Shown here piece by piece: positions 43,703 to 56,790 of a DNA stretch of 64,000 bases. The position numbers and the translations under genes were made by a program. Each line of letters begins with the position of its first letter. Position 1 is the first letter of the stretch. Below the pieces are notes generated by a model that did no database searches, was not told the origin of the DNA, and was given only the letters and a program-made list of their open reading frames with translations. The stretch comes from Babesia bigemina (lineage: Eukaryota): the NCBI RefSeq assembly GCF_000981445.1, contig NC_027218.1, positions 1,922,001-1,986,000 of the forward strand. Direction: 5' to 3'.

Positions 43703-46700
43703 ATGGCCCGCTATGGCGGGCCTTATATGCGCTCCTCGTCGCCGTACGTCCACTCGCATCGGTGCGACTATGTCGTTGATCCCGAAAGGCGGAAGGTGTT
43801 CTACCGTGCGTCTTCGGTCAGTCCTCCTCCCCCGGCCGCGTACAAGCCACGCTTGAGAAATGCCGGCGCGATTGATTCATGGGAGGCGTTCGAGGACGTC
43901 CTCGACGCCTACGGTAAGGACGCCTTTGGTGGTATAGTCGATGCGTACGACGCGGCGACGGCAGCCAGTTCAAGCTCAGTGGAGACGTCAAAGGACTTCT
44001 CATGCTGCGACTACGATAATTACATCTCGGACGATCGTGAAGATGATGGCTATGATTCCATTTGGACTGGTGACGGTGGGGGGTACCCACCACACGTCAC
44101 CCTGGAGAAGGTGGAGCCCCGCAGTCTGTTTGGCATGTTGGGTCCCGAGCTCAACAGAGCGGAGTACACATGGAAGCCCAGCAGCGCAGTCACCAAGCTG
44201 CAAACCACCGGGGCAGATGATTCTCCGTGCCAAGCGGAAGATTTTCAGGAGGCCATTGACAAGCATGCATCTGGCATGACGTACGTGAGACCGCAACTAG
44301 GATTTCTACCCAAGGACACAACGTCCGTGGTTAGCGACACGCACGAGGATGCCGGACTGCAACTTTCTCAAGGCGAAACTGAATATGAGAAACCCAAAAG
44401 GTCGCCCGTTCGCAGCCTGTTCGGCACGATGCGCAGTCTCAGGCGCCGTGCCCAAGACAAATCGCAAGAATCTGCAGCCAGCAGAGAAACGTCACAGGGA
44501 ACACTCCGTCGTTCCGACAGCCGTTTGGGCGAGCGGCTTCGGCAGCGCGCATCAAGTTTGGGTGGCAAAAAGGACGATGCCACTCCGTCCGATAATGCAA
44601 CGCGGCGGCTCCGTGCGAATGTGACCCACCTCGAGGACGTCGATGCGTCAGCAGCTGAGCTCCTGAGAGGAGTGCTGCCCGGTCGCACGCCGGCGCAGCA
44701 TTCACAAGCAGCGCTCAGTAGCACAGTCCCGCCGCCCACGGATGACGCCCCGCCCGTCTTGGCGATCCCCAAATCTCTTCTGCGCAAGGTTTTGCCGCAA
44801 GGGCACGACGCCGATGATCCATACGGGTCAAAAGTCGTGGCCAAGGCTGAGGCATTGGGCGCCGCTATGGATGTGGCGAAAAAGCCGATGCTGCCGCCTG
44901 CTTTGGCTGAAGCCTTGGAAAGCGAGGTGATGCCGGTTGCTGAAGGGCAGGCGCGTAACATTTTCCGCATGCGGTACGATATACGTCGTGCTCTGGACAG
45001 CACAAACAACTTTGTTGGCGCTAAGAAACTGAGAGCTACTGCTGGTCCCGGCTCGGAGCATCTGCGTGACGCGGTGGGCAGAGGGCAGGATGTATCGCAA
45101 CTAATCAAAAAGTCGTGGAAGCGTGATCTACCATGGGAAACGGTTCCGGATATGCCGGAATTCGTCATGGGTTTGAATGCGCCTACTCTAGACGTGGATG
45201 GCATTGCGTCTGGACAGGATGAGGAGATGCCGTCCAACATCGAGATCTCGAGGATGATCTCGTCGAAGTCGATTGGACAAGAAGAAGCTGAATTCGGCAG
45301 GAAGATGACCATGTTGTGTTCACTAGCTGAGGATAGCGATGGCGATTTGTTCGAGGACAGCGATGACGACGCATCGCCCGTGCACGGTGATGTGGTACGC
45401 CCAGGTGATGTACGGGAGCCGATGAACATCGCAGCCGAATTGATTGAAGATTCGGTTGCCGAAGTAATGCGCTCCTGGCGTCCCGCTACGCATGGCGCTG
45501 GGTCGCTGCGGGATGCCCTTGAATCGGCCCCCGAGATAAAGCCGCCTACGCTGTGGGTGCGGTCAGGGGTAACTGGTGTAACGGAAGAGATCTTAATGCC
45601 CCGATTTATGCGTGGCCCATTCGCAGAAGTGAACTTTGAGGAAGCCCCTACGCTTTCCCCTACAGCTTCACATGTTTCAGACGAGGTGAAATCCGAGATT
45701 GGTTCTGAGTCGCCAGAACATGTTTCTGTGTCCGCCGCGTCGGCTTCTCGTGCGCCTTCCTTAAAGAGCGATGATAGGTCTGTGCGCACTTCCGTTACTG
45801 GCAGGACACAACAGGACGATCACTCACACGCTGGAACAGCCTCCATTCCAATGGATACTGATGAACCTGTACCAAGCGATAGTCCTGCAGATTACGTGTC
45901 GATTGCTAAAACATCGTCGAGGAGTGTCAGTTGGATGGCGCCTTCGGTGTTTGAAAGTGAGATTGACATTGCCGATGAGGAAGTGCCTCTCTCTTCGAAG
46001 ACTTCTTCCAAGCAGCCGTCCATCTCAAGCTCAAGAACGCCATCTAGAACCCAGTCAATAGCTGCATCGGAGAAAGCTATGTCTTCTAGAGCTCAATCGA
46101 TGGTAGAATCCGAGAAAGCTATGTCTTCCAGAGCCCAATCAATGATCGACTCTGAGGAAGTTCCTTCATCCAGCGAGGGAACTGTTCCCACACCGCGTCA
46201 AGATGGCCTAGACGCGCCCGATTTCCAACGGATCTGGCGCCTGTATACCCAGCAACCTGGTAAAACGTACACAACCGAATCCATGCTGCGGGGCTACAGC
46301 GACGGTGCCCTTCTTGCCGCTGGTCGTCGGTCGATAGCTGTATCCGATGACCTGCTGTCGGGATATGTCGGCTTAACAATTCCAGAAAAACGCGAAAGCG
46401 AACGTTCTGGCGAGTCGGACGCTGTTAGTCGCGTCGCTAGCAGTGCAAGGACCGGTGTCTCATCTCGTGTTCCTTCGCCGCATGTGTCATCTGAGGAAGT
46501 TGCAGAGATGTCCGAGGTACCTGACGAAGCTCTTCTGTCGCCGCACGAATCTACTCCAGAAGATCAGCCGACTTCCAGTTCAGAGGCGGAAGCCGTGTCA
46601 CGATTGGGTACCGGGACTGTATCGGAAACCGCATTGGAACCTGAGGATGAGGCTATGGGCATCCCAGAAGAACCGGATGAAATGGAGACCGCACAGGAAG

Positions 46701-48115
46701 CTGACACATACCCATATGAACTTGAGGATGAGTATATGGGCATTCCAGAAGAACCTGCTGAGATGGAACCCGTACCTGAAGCGGATACGTCCCCATCTGA
46801 ACCTGAGGATGAGGCTATGGGCATCCCAGAAGAACCGGATGAAATGGAGGCCGCACAGGAAGCAGACGCATACCCATATGAACTTGAGGATGAATATATG
46901 GGCATTCCGGAAGAATCTGCGGAGATGGAACCCATAGCTGAAACCTCCCAATCCGAACTTGAGGATGAGGATATGGACAAACCTGAAGAACCTGCTGAGA
47001 TGGAACCCATAGCTGAAGAGGACGAGCCTAAACCTGAACATGTGGATAGCTCTTCGGGTGAACCGGAGGAACCTGCTGAAGTGGAACCAGAAACCGAAGA
47101 GCCGGCACCTAAATCGGAACCTGAAGATGACATTTTGGATGAACCGGAAGAAAAGGCTGAAGCGGAACCCGAAGCCAAAGAGGAGGAAGGTGATCCAACC
47201 GATATTCCACCCGTCCCGGATGAGGAGCCCTCCACCCCTGAAAAACAGGTCGACGAAGGCGACAGCGATAGCGGCGACGACAAGAAAAAGAAAAAGAAGA
47301 AGAAAGACAAGAAAAAGAAAAAGAAGAAGAAGACAAAATATAGCGAGGACAACATCGAGGATCGGCCTCGCCCGCTCCGCCACTTGGTTGACAAGCAGCT
47401 TAAGGATGGTTTTTCAGCTACTGTATACATCGTGACTTGTGGGTTTTCTGTGTCCGTATTGCTCATATTTCTGCAGCTAAGAAGAACGCCATATCGACTT
47501 TATGTACGGTCAGGTTCGACTACGAAAAAGACCGCCTGATTCTGGAGACTCCGGCAAACGTGTTCGACATAGACGCAACGCGGGTGGTGGCGGAGGAGAT
47601 TCCGACGCTTCCAGGCGCGCCAGTTCTACTAAAACTGACCGTCCACGGCAAGCGGTCGTCTGCCATTGTTATACAGAGCACGTCCGAGCGCAACCTGGAC
47701 GTCCTGGGTGGTACGGTGGGATGGGCGAACGCCGTCCCACACGCGGGCCAGGAAATGGAGGCTCAGTTTGACGGCGCCTTACATGGCGCGCGAGTGGGCG
47801 ACCCAGAACACGCGCCGGATGCTACAAACGTGTCTAGGCAGCATACAGTCGATGCACTGATGCCCAAGAGTGCTAGCCAGCGTCTAAGTCAAGACACAGC
47901 CAGCACCGGACGGAACCGCACAGAGTCATCTGACTTCGCCGAACATCAGGATGGTGAAGCCCCTTCTCTCCAGAAAGGCGCGTCACGTAAGTTTTGCTAG
48001 TGCCACCGCTCATTTTCCCGCAGCCTCTGCGCAGCCAGCAGACACCGGGACGCAAAAACGAGGCCTACTGTCGAGGATACTGCTGCGTAAGCGCATAAAC
48101 AAGGAGGCGCGGTGA
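43703..48115 (+). CDS. Large acidic repeat protein with poly-Lys tract and possible C-terminal PH-like domain (3 exons)
   Basis: The 1278-aa ORF continues by probable introns (~47440-47477, ~47987-48024) into KKNAISTLCTVRFDYEKDRLILETP...INKEAR*. Confidence 0.65.
46637..47020 (+). repeat. 81-bp (27-aa) coding repeat with 162-bp higher-order period
   Basis: EPEDEAMGIPEEPDEME... and ELEDEYMGIPEEPAEME... alternate, with matching starts at 46637 and 46799. A 39-bp SRAQSM..SEKAM repeat lies at ~46045-46160. Confidence 0.9.
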
Positions 48116-48543
48116 TCTCCGACGCCAAAATGGACATAGCGTAGCCGACTTTATCTCACACGCCCGCACGGTTTCGACGCCGCGCGACAGCGCGCGTTAG
48201 TGAGGATCCCTAATCACAAACACAGGAGATTAAAGTTTGCACATTGTGTACTGGGCGGCGCGCTCGGGCCGCGGGGGTTGGCGGGGCCTGCCGGCTGCGC
48301 CGGAGCTAGGCGTGCATGGTTCCCTACTGCCTTGTATACTTTTGACCGTAGTGACGGCTGGGTGCCCGCCGTAACATCGGGAGTTTTATCTCTAGTAATA
48401 ACGTGTAAGCACGCCACCAAATTGACGTGCGTTAGACTTCTTCCCAGTGGGCCGAGAAGCCCGTTTCATCCGCGGATGTGAGCCGCGTCTATTGCGCCTA
48501 GCACGTCTTTCACAGGCGTGCGTCCGCCGCCCTTGCGTTAACA

Positions 48544-51318
48544 ATGCGTGAATCCGGTGTGTGTATAAAGTACCCCTTGGAGGAGACCACAAATGTGACG
48601 CGTTACTCGTGGTTCGAGCGCAGCAACCTCGTTGCGTATGAGCCCGGTATGCGCCGTCGAGTGTCGCCGAAGACCTCCGCGTGGCTATCTGTGAGTGTTG
48701 CGCACCAATCCAAGTCCCAAGATGTTAAAAGTGACGGGACGGGCGTGTCTCCGGGGCTCTCCGCCGTCCACCGCGAGGAGAGCTCCCCGGTCAAGGACGC
48801 CACCTCGGAGGACAGGTACAGCGTGGACGATGACGGCGAAGGAGACTGTGACCTGGGCAGCAAGCCCGCGAATTCTAATCTGCCCACTGTTTTGGTGGAA
48901 CACCGGTGGTCGTTCCTCTTCCCGAGGTCATCGCGTCTGGGCAAGCCTCTTTCCACCCCGTTGTTCAAACAGCAAGTCGCCGGCTTTGGCGCTCTGGGCA
49001 CGTCGTTCTCCCACTCCGCTCCGCTAAGGCCAGTAGACGGGATGACTAGGGGTGTCAGGAACGAAGAGGGCTCCTCCTCCACAGATGGCGATACCGAGTC
49101 GTCCGAACACAAGGTCACCACAGTACAGGAAGCATTCAATTCACCGGCATTCGGAGGCCGTTCTTCTGTCCTGCGCTGTCTCATAATGGACCTGGAGATG
49201 CGTTACATCTCTCGAACGCAGATGAACTACGCGTTCCACCTCTCGGCAATAGCTGAGCGCGTGATCCACCAAGGGGTGTACCACCTGGCCAACTTCAGCC
49301 GCCGCTGGAACCCCGTCATAATCAACGAGCCCATTGACACATACGGGATGCTCCGATTGCTGAGGCTACTGAAGGATGTCGTAACGGATGATATGAGGGA
49401 GCAGGAAGGGCAATACGACGACAACGAGGACGTCGCGGATGACGTGGATGGTGAGCCGCCACGCAAATTCCCCAAGGTCTCCGAAGACACCGGCATCGAA
49501 TCGCGCATGTTCTCGACTGGAGTGTCCGAAAATGTTGCCACCGAAAGCGGAGACGATGTTAAGGACGAAGTGGAGGGAGGCCAGCCATTCTCCAAGATTC
49601 GACCTATAGATGCCATATGCGCTGATCCCCTTAATCCATCGACCCTCCGCGAGATCTACTCGTCGCTGATAGCGTCCTACGGCGGGTTGGTGGAAGATGA
49701 CGTCTATGCTTCCGTTGATTTTGAAAGTAGCCGGGTTTACAATTTGATCAAAAAGCTGGTGGGTATCGACTGCCCCGATTCGCTCATTTCTGGCGTGTTG
49801 GAATGTATTATACGTGACTCTGCTGTGGATGGTGGTGAACGGAAGACGGGCGACTTGCTTAGACGCCACGTGCTAATTGAAAGGAGACTGGTGCTGTTCG
49901 AGTGCCCACCCCAGCCGCCTTCGTCTGATGTGGATGCAGCTCAGTCCTCCGTCTACTGCGACGGCACCGAAGCCGTTGAACGTATTTGCCTGTGCTGTTC
50001 GAAGTACGCAGTTTGTCCGACCGTTTTCAACGAGTACATCATCTTCGGAGGCACCCCGGCGATTCCCCTGGACATGGAGCTAGGTATGTCGCCGCGATCG
50101 CTCACGTCCTTCATCGTGCCCTGCAGGTATCTGGATATTCGACTCCCCCTTCACACGCCTGAAGATGCGCGACGTGCCCGTTGTGTACCACCAGCAAGTG
50201 CAGTACTCCACGAGGAAATACATCACCATCGCCGACCTGAATGACGCTATCCTTTCCACCCGAGTCCTGAACTTGCGTATGGAGTTTTGCGGTCGTGGAG
50301 ACTGGGTTTTCGATGACGGCACCCTTCCGTTGAACGAAACCGACAAGTCCCGCACCATCTACGGCAAGGTTGTGTCCGCAGACGACCTGATGCAGCTGGA
50401 ATTCTCTGGAACCGTGAACCAGATCGCCAAGAAGTTTTTTGTTTTACAAAAGGCCTTCCTGTCTACAGGCAAGGGTGAGTTTCAGTCGCTCCTCCCGCAA
50501 TGTCATGCAGAGGGTACATCCCGCCTCATCTTCATGGACCCCTACGCCAGCATCGACGCCAGCATCTGCGAGGACAAGGACTACGTGGACCACCTCGTCG
50601 ACCTGCTGACGGTCATGTACAAGGAGAGCCCTGGGAACTTTTTGGCATCTTGCAACGGCTACTACTATTACGTGGGTTTTGTTAGCGATGTTTGTGCATG
50701 GCGTCTCAGGAGGACGGGTTCCTGCCCGAGAGCATCGACGTGCAGCGGCTGCGCAACACACTTTTCAACCTGGAGAGCAGCCACTACCGAACGGCCATGT
50801 TGGCCGACATCGTGGCGGACCAGAAGCACGTGCTCGGCCTGTCCCAGAAGATGCCGTTCCTGACCAAGTGCAAGCGGGTGATGATTGGCAAGTCACGCAT
50901 CCACGGCTACGGGCTGTTCGCGGTCGACACGATCAACAAGGGCGACCTGATTCTGGAGTACGCCGGCGTGGTCATCTCCGACCACATGGCGGACATCCGC
51001 GAGGCGATATACGACCGGTTGCTGTGCGGCAGCATCTACATGTTCAGGCTGGACTTGAACCACATCATCGATTCCACCTTCTACGGAAACTGCGCGCGCT
51101 TCATCAACCACTCGTGCGACCCCAACACCGCCACTACCAACTTTAGCTACATCGACGAGGACGGCTTCGGCGCCCATGTCGGCATATACGCGTCGAAGGT
51201 GATTCCGGCTGGAGAGGAGATCTACTACAACTACCGGCTGTCCGCGGGCTCGGCCAACCGCGAGGTGTGCCACTGCGGCTCCTATATGTGCACGGGATAC
51301 ATGTCGCTGGTGAAGTAG
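48544..51318 (+). CDS. SET-domain histone lysine methyltransferase (SET1-like, with post-SET), 3 exons
   Basis: KSRIHGYGLFA, ILEYAG, YMFRLD...IIDST, NCARFINHSCDPN, GEEIYYNY and CHCGSYMCTG. Introns at ~50128-50165 and ~50673-50709, start uncertain. Confidence 0.8.
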
Positions 51319-51922
51319 CGGGCGGCCGTGCAAGTCATGGCGCCCCGGCGAACTCGCGTCCCGGGCGGTAGACTACCGGCCTCATGGGTATGTAATGTGA
51401 TCAGGGTAGCTGCGCCTTCTACAGCGCTTTTGCATCCGTGTCGGCATGGTAATGCGTGCGGCAGTAGCATCCGCTGGTGGGAGCCCGTGATTGGCTCGTG
51501 TTTTATAGGCTAATGTGTAATGCCGGCAACTTGTCTAAACTCCCGTAGACGCATCGCGCCGTATGTTCACGACGTCCCGCGCTAACACCGTGTACTAATC
51601 GCCATTTTAAAGTGGAATCCAGGCCGATAACGGCCGCTGCGGAGGCCGCGACACAGGCACCCCATGCGATTCGGCGAGTGGAATCACGCCGTCGTGCGCG
51701 CTCGCCCGGTCGCCAGCAACTCTTTCCCCTGTGTATCGCGGCTTTGTAGCACGTAAATTCGTTACCGACTTTCTAGGCGTACCGAGCTCAGCGCGCCTGC
51801 TCGGAATCTCGAGCACCGTACGCGTCAAGGCGCCCCGCCCGAGAGGCGCGCCGCAATTCGGCTCTGCTCCCGGCACGGCCGGCGCGTCTTCCGCTGCCAC
51901 TGCCCGCCTGCCGATTTCGCAG

Positions 51923-52442
51923 ATGGCGGGAAAGAACACGCGGATGCAGCAGTGGCTGCAGTACCGCGTGCGGGTGACCATCAAGGACGGACGGAAGTTC
52001 GTCGGCACCTTCATCGCCTTCGACAAGCACATGAACATCGTCCTGGCTGACTGCGAGGAGTTCAGAATCACCCGGGGCAAGGGCCCCGACAAGAAGAAGG
52101 TGGTAGGTTGCAGCGGCCGGCGGCACGCGTCACCTCGTGCAGGAGATCAAGCGCACGCTCGGATTCATCATGATGCGCGGCGAGAACATCATCTCATTCA
52201 CGGCGGAGGCGCCACCAGCCGCACCCATGGTGCCGTACGCGATGGGAGGGCCCGGGAAGGCCACCCCCGCCGGCCGTGGCACGCCCATCGGAGTCCCGAG
52301 GCCTGGCCAGCCGGGCATGCCTCACCTCCCCCCGGGCGCGATGCCACTGCAGGCCCCCATGCGCGGCCTTGTGGGTCCTGCCCCGATGCAGATGGCCCCT
52401 CAGCAGGGCCCTATGGGCACGATGCCCCCGCGGCCCATGTAA
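51923..52442 (+). CDS. SmB: Small nuclear ribonucleoprotein SmB (2 exons)
   Basis: YRVRVTIKDGRKFVGTFIAFDKHMNIVLADCEEFR...EIKRTLGFIMMRGENIIS followed by a Pro/Gly/Met-rich tail. Confidence 0.95.
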
Positions 52443-52793
52443 AGTGCCTAACCGCTGCCCGTGTGGGCGTAATTTGTCGTGTTAGTTTGGTGGCGTGTTT
52501 TGGGGCGTGTCCGCAGCCAGTCGCCCTGTCTGTCGGTGGTGTTTCGTAAGCGGTACTGCTGAGGCAGCAGCTGTCCCGGTCAGGAAGCGAGTAACTGAAC
52601 GCAAAGTGACGTTTGTGCAACGTGCAAACATATCAGGTGTTGTAGTTCAGTTGAGCCGTTGGCCGGCATGTTGCTGTGGTGCCGCTGTTAGGTGACAGTG
52701 TCCGCCTAACTGTTTCTGGCGGATGAGTAGCCTGGTCGGGCACCCAGCCGGCACTGGGTCTGCGGCAGAGCGCCCGCCCGTCGGAGGTGACCA

Positions 52794-55700
52794 TCACTCG
52801 TGCTCAAAAACGGCAGCGTACACGTCGTCGTAGCAGTCCACGTAGATAACCTCGAGCTTGCTGGTGACGCTCTCTTCAAGGTCCAGAACGTCCGGCTCGT
52901 TGGTCTTCGGCAAAACCACGGTCGTCACGCCCTCGCGGATGGCGGCGATCAGCTTTTCCTTGATGCCGCCGACGCGCAGCACCTTGCCCGAAAGCGTGAG
53001 CTCCCCGGTCATGGCGAGGTGGGGCCGTATGCGCTTCTTGGCGGCGGCGGAGATGAGGGCAGACGCCATGGTGATGCCGCCGCTGGGGCCATCCTTCGGA
53101 GTGGCACCCTCCGGCACGTGGATGTGGATATGCGCCTCGTCCAAGAAGAGGTTGCGCGGCTGGTGCTTGCGTATGAACGTCTTACAGAAGGTGAGCGCGA
53201 TCTGCGAGCTTTCCGTCATGACGTTCCCCAGGTGCCCCGTCACCTTCAGCGTGCCGTGGAATGACCCGAAGCTGGACTCCTCACTTGGCTCTTCAGCAGT
53301 TGCAGTTTCGGCGGCGATCTCGGACGCCGGTTTGCGATTGGGCTCCACGATGTTGCCGCGCTTGTCGACCATTTGGCCGCGGGCCTCCACGTACATGGTG
53401 GCGCCGCCGGCGTTGGTCCACGCTAATCCCATGACCACGCCGTAGGGCAGCGGGTAGGGATGGAGCGCGTCCCTGGTGTATATCGGCACGCCCAAGTACG
53501 ACTGCAACTTGTCCTCTTCGATCACCAACTTGTCTACGCCCGAAAGCACGGAGCACATGGTTGCATCCACAGCGCCAGCTTCGGCGGACTGGTCGCCGCG
53601 CTCGCTGGAGGCAGCTGTGGACGCACCTTCGTCGGCGTTAGTAACCGCAATGGCGCCGGAATCCTTCGCATCATCACGGTCACTCAGCACAATTGGGGGT
53701 TCCTCCCCGCTGTTCACAGCGGCTGGCTCCAGTTTGTCGGCGTTGTCCATGACAATGTTAAGCGCAACCTTCCGGTAGATTTTCTCGATACAGCGCAGCA
53801 GGCTGCGCACGCCAGCTTCGCGGGAGTAGTGCTGGATCACCGCCTGTATGGTGGAATCCGGCATCTCAATGACGTCGGGTTGGAGCCCGGTGGACTTGAG
53901 GGTCTGCGGGATCAGGTAGTTCTTGGCGATTTGCAGCTTCTCCTCAGGCAGGTAGCCGGGGATGTTGATGATCTCCATGCGGTCGATCAGCGGCCCCGGG
54001 ATGGTGTCAACTGCGTTGGCGGTGCAGATGAAGAGCACGTGCGACAGGTCCACCGGAATGTCCAGGTAGTAGTCGCGGAAGTTCTCGTTCTGCGACGGGT
54101 CGAGGACCTCCAGCAGCGCCGAAGCGGGGTCGCCCCTGGCGTCCCTGCCCAGCTTGTCGATCTCGTCGAGCACTATCAGCGGGTTCATGGAGCCCGTGTA
54201 CTTCAGGGCCTGGACGAACTTGCCGGGCAGCGCGCCGACGTAGGTGCGCCTGTGGCCTCGGAGCTCGGCCACATCGAAAAGCCCGCCGAGCGAAAACCTA
54301 TACAGCTTCCTGCCCAGCAGCTCGGCCACCGAGGTGGCGATGGATGTCTTACCCACTCCCGGGGGACCAGCCAGGCAGATGATCTTGCCGTTGGCTGTGC
54401 CCTTCAGTATCGACGTCGCCATGTACTCCATCAGCCGGGTTTTCACGTCCTTCAGGCCGAAGTGGTGCTTGTCCAGCACCTGCCGTGCGTTACGTATGTC
54501 GCGCGAATCCTTCGTGAACTTGCCCCAGGGCATGCCCAGCAGCCACTCGAGGTGGGACCTGCATACGCCAAACTCGGCGCTCGACGTCTCAAGCTGCTTC
54601 AGCCTGCTGATGCCGCTCTTGTAGCTCTCCGAGGCCTCCTTGCTCATGAACTTCTCAACCTTGGCGTACTCGGTTTCGAACGCCTCGATCAGCGTGTTTT
54701 TGTCGTCGCTTTCCAGGCCCAGCTCCTTGCGAATCATCTTCATCTGCTCCGTGAGGATGTACTTGCGCTGCTCGCGCGACATCTTCTCCTCGATCTGCGT
54801 CTTCACCTCGGCCTGCACCTTCGCGAACTCGAGGTCGTTCTTCGCGACCTCGAGCACCATGGCCAGCCTCTTGTCGATATTGACCTCGGCCAGGATGGCC
54901 TGCAGCTGGTCGCGTTTCGCCATCGAGATGCCCGCGATGAGGTCCGCGATTCGCGACGGGTTGTCCAGGTTGTATATGCGGATGATGTGGTCGAAGTGCT
55001 CCTTGTAGAAGTTGGAGGTCTTGATGAGCTCCTTGACCGTGGCGATGATTTCCAGATGCAGCGCCTTGGTCACGCGGGAGTCCTCGAAGTTCTTGAGGTC
55101 GTCCTCAACGTACTCGATGGATACCCTGAAAAGCGGGTACGACTCCGACGGCTCGGCGTGTATGCCGGTCATCTTGATGCGGCGGTGCGGCATCAGTATG
55201 ACCTGGCCGCCCTGGTGCGATAGGTGGGGTGTGATCGTTATCACCTGTAGCAGCGTGCCGTGCACGTGCATCTCTTCGTACGACTGCACCGCTCCAGCGT
55301 CGTCCCTCAGCATCGGCATCGCGACATTTTGGAAGTCGCGCGTATGCTGGGTCTTCGTCAGGAACCCACCGACGTAGTCGTTGCCGGTGTTCTGCTTTAT
55401 GTTGGAGAGGCACTGCAGCACCGCCTGGTCTTGTATCTGCAGCACCTGGTAGAATCCAGGGAAGGCGGGCTTCTGGAACATGGCGAGTGCGGGCAGTGCG
55501 TGCAGGCGACTGGTGGAGTGGAAGTGCAATATGGGCAGCCTAAACTGAACAGGGGCATTCCCATCGTACTCAGGCGCCTCTATTTTCTCGCTCTCCTTGT
55601 CGCCGCTGTTGGCTACCACAGTAACCTCTTCTTCCGCGGTTTGGGGGTCGATAACGGCAGCGGCGCCATCGTGATCGCCTGGGACCGACTCGACCACCGT

Positions 55701-56321
55701 AATGAGTTGTTTATCCACGGCGTCACCGTCAGTGGTTTCCTCAACAGGTACCGAAGTATGGGAACCTTCAGCCTTCGGGTGTTCCTCGTGTCCAGTTCCG
55801 TCGGCTGGATGGGCCTCGGTGGCAGCGGCCTCACCGCCACTGGATGCCGCTTCCTCGGTCTTTATTGGTATGGGCAAGCGCCTTATCTTGCCACCCGAGG
55901 CATTTCGCCCTATTCGCTGCTTTGCCGCATTCTGGCCACGTATGACCTGGAACACTATATTCGGCGGTCCATTAAATATGGTTCCAACAACCCTGGGAGG
56001 CTGGTCGACGTCCTCCGGCTTGCCATCCTCGCCGCCGTTGCTGCCAGGGTCGGAATCCTTTTCGCCACTTCCGCCACCTCGTTTCTTCGAGGAGAAGTGG
56101 CGCGCATTGCGTGCGTCGAAGACGCTTGACAAAGCTCCTTCCCTACGGCTTGAGCCGGAGTGAAGTAAACTACCCCTCACGTTACAGTTCCAGCAGATCG
56201 CGGCGGATTCCGCAGTGAATCCGCGTCTTGCATTGCCGCTTATGAGTGCCGAAACCTCCTGCTGGCAGCGAGCAACGCCGTGCCGTACGGCGGCGCCTTG
56301 GCAGCGCTGCATCAACCACAT
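52794..56321 (-). CDS. LON: Lon protease, mitochondrial type
   Basis: Presequence-like N-terminus, Walker A GPPGVGKT, Walker B IVLDEIDK, catalytic PKDGPSGG and VGGIKEK. Confidence 0.95.
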   Translation of the reverse strand: MWLMQRCQGAAVRHGVARCQQEVSALISGNARRGFTAESAAICWNCNVRGSLLHSGSSRREGALSSVFDARNARHFSSKKRGGGSGEKDSDPGSNGGEDGKPEDVDQPPRVVGTIFNGPPNIVFQVIRGQNAAKQRIGRNASGGKIRRLPIPIKTEEAASSGGEAAATEAHPADGTGHEEHPKAEGSHTSVPVEETTDGDAVDKQLITVVESVPGDHDGAAAVIDPQTAEEEVTVVANSGDKESEKIEAPEYDGNAPVQFRLPILHFHSTSRLHALPALAMFQKPAFPGFYQVLQIQDQAVLQCLSNIKQNTGNDYVGGFLTKTQHTRDFQNVAMPMLRDDAGAVQSYEEMHVHGTLLQVITITPHLSHQGGQVILMPHRRIKMTGIHAEPSESYPLFRVSIEYVEDDLKNFEDSRVTKALHLEIIATVKELIKTSNFYKEHFDHIIRIYNLDNPSRIADLIAGISMAKRDQLQAILAEVNIDKRLAMVLEVAKNDLEFAKVQAEVKTQIEEKMSREQRKYILTEQMKMIRKELGLESDDKNTLIEAFETEYAKVEKFMSKEASESYKSGISRLKQLETSSAEFGVCRSHLEWLLGMPWGKFTKDSRDIRNARQVLDKHHFGLKDVKTRLMEYMATSILKGTANGKIICLAGPPGVGKTSIATSVAELLGRKLYRFSLGGLFDVAELRGHRRTYVGALPGKFVQALKYTGSMNPLIVLDEIDKLGRDARGDPASALLEVLDPSQNENFRDYYLDIPVDLSHVLFICTANAVDTIPGPLIDRMEIINIPGYLPEEKLQIAKNYLIPQTLKSTGLQPDVIEMPDSTIQAVIQHYSREAGVRSLLRCIEKIYRKVALNIVMDNADKLEPAAVNSGEEPPIVLSDRDDAKDSGAIAVTNADEGASTAASSERGDQSAEAGAVDATMCSVLSGVDKLVIEEDKLQSYLGVPIYTRDALHPYPLPYGVVMGLAWTNAGGATMYVEARGQMVDKRGNIVEPNRKPASEIAAETATAEEPSEESSFGSFHGTLKVTGHLGNVMTESSQIALTFCKTFIRKHQPRNLFLDEAHIHIHVPEGATPKDGPSGGITMASALISAAAKKRIRPHLAMTGELTLSGKVLRVGGIKEKLIAAIREGVTTVVLPKTNEPDVLDLEESVTSKLEVIYVDCYDDVYAAVFEHE

Positions 56322-56790
56322 TGCTCCGCCAGCTTACGTTGTCCAATGCAGCCAACCGAAATTGACAATAATACACAAATTTCCATGCGTGCCAACGGCA
56401 CTGGGCACGGCGTTAAGGGCCTTTTAGCCTGCGCAGCGCCGTAGGTTCATGGAAGGCTGCTGCGCGTTAGCAAGTTTAAAGCATCGCAAAAGGCTGCGCT
56501 GTTGTTATACACAACGCAACCCGTTCGCTAAGTGACGGTGTTGGCTCGACCGGTCGATTCAGCGGAGCGCATGGGGAGCGCTGCACATTGAGGGTGTAGC
56601 CTCATCAAAGTCGGCACTAACCGTCACTACGGTACTGGAAGGCACGGACTTTCTTAACCAAACATGCATAAGGCCACTATGTGATCACTAGTGCGATATA
56701 TTATCCCCTGTTTCGCGCAAACGCACGACTGTCGCTGCGCCACTGCGGCAGCCGCAGTACGCATTAACGGTCGCCGAAGATTTCGACGGC

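Noticed and set aside
44368..47466. Minus-strand ORFs (473, 300, 261 aa), including poly-Phe 'TM' stretches
   Set aside because: Antisense of the acidic repeats and the poly-Lys tract.
30865..52442. Functional clustering of pICln and SmB, or of ribosome-biogenesis and apicoplast genes
   Set aside because: The genes are far apart, on mixed strands and interspersed with unrelated genes, which is expected by chance in a compact genome.
53460..56129. Long + strand ORFs (587 aa, 289 aa) opposite Lon
   Set aside because: Antisense shadows of a GC3-biased CDS, with no motifs.
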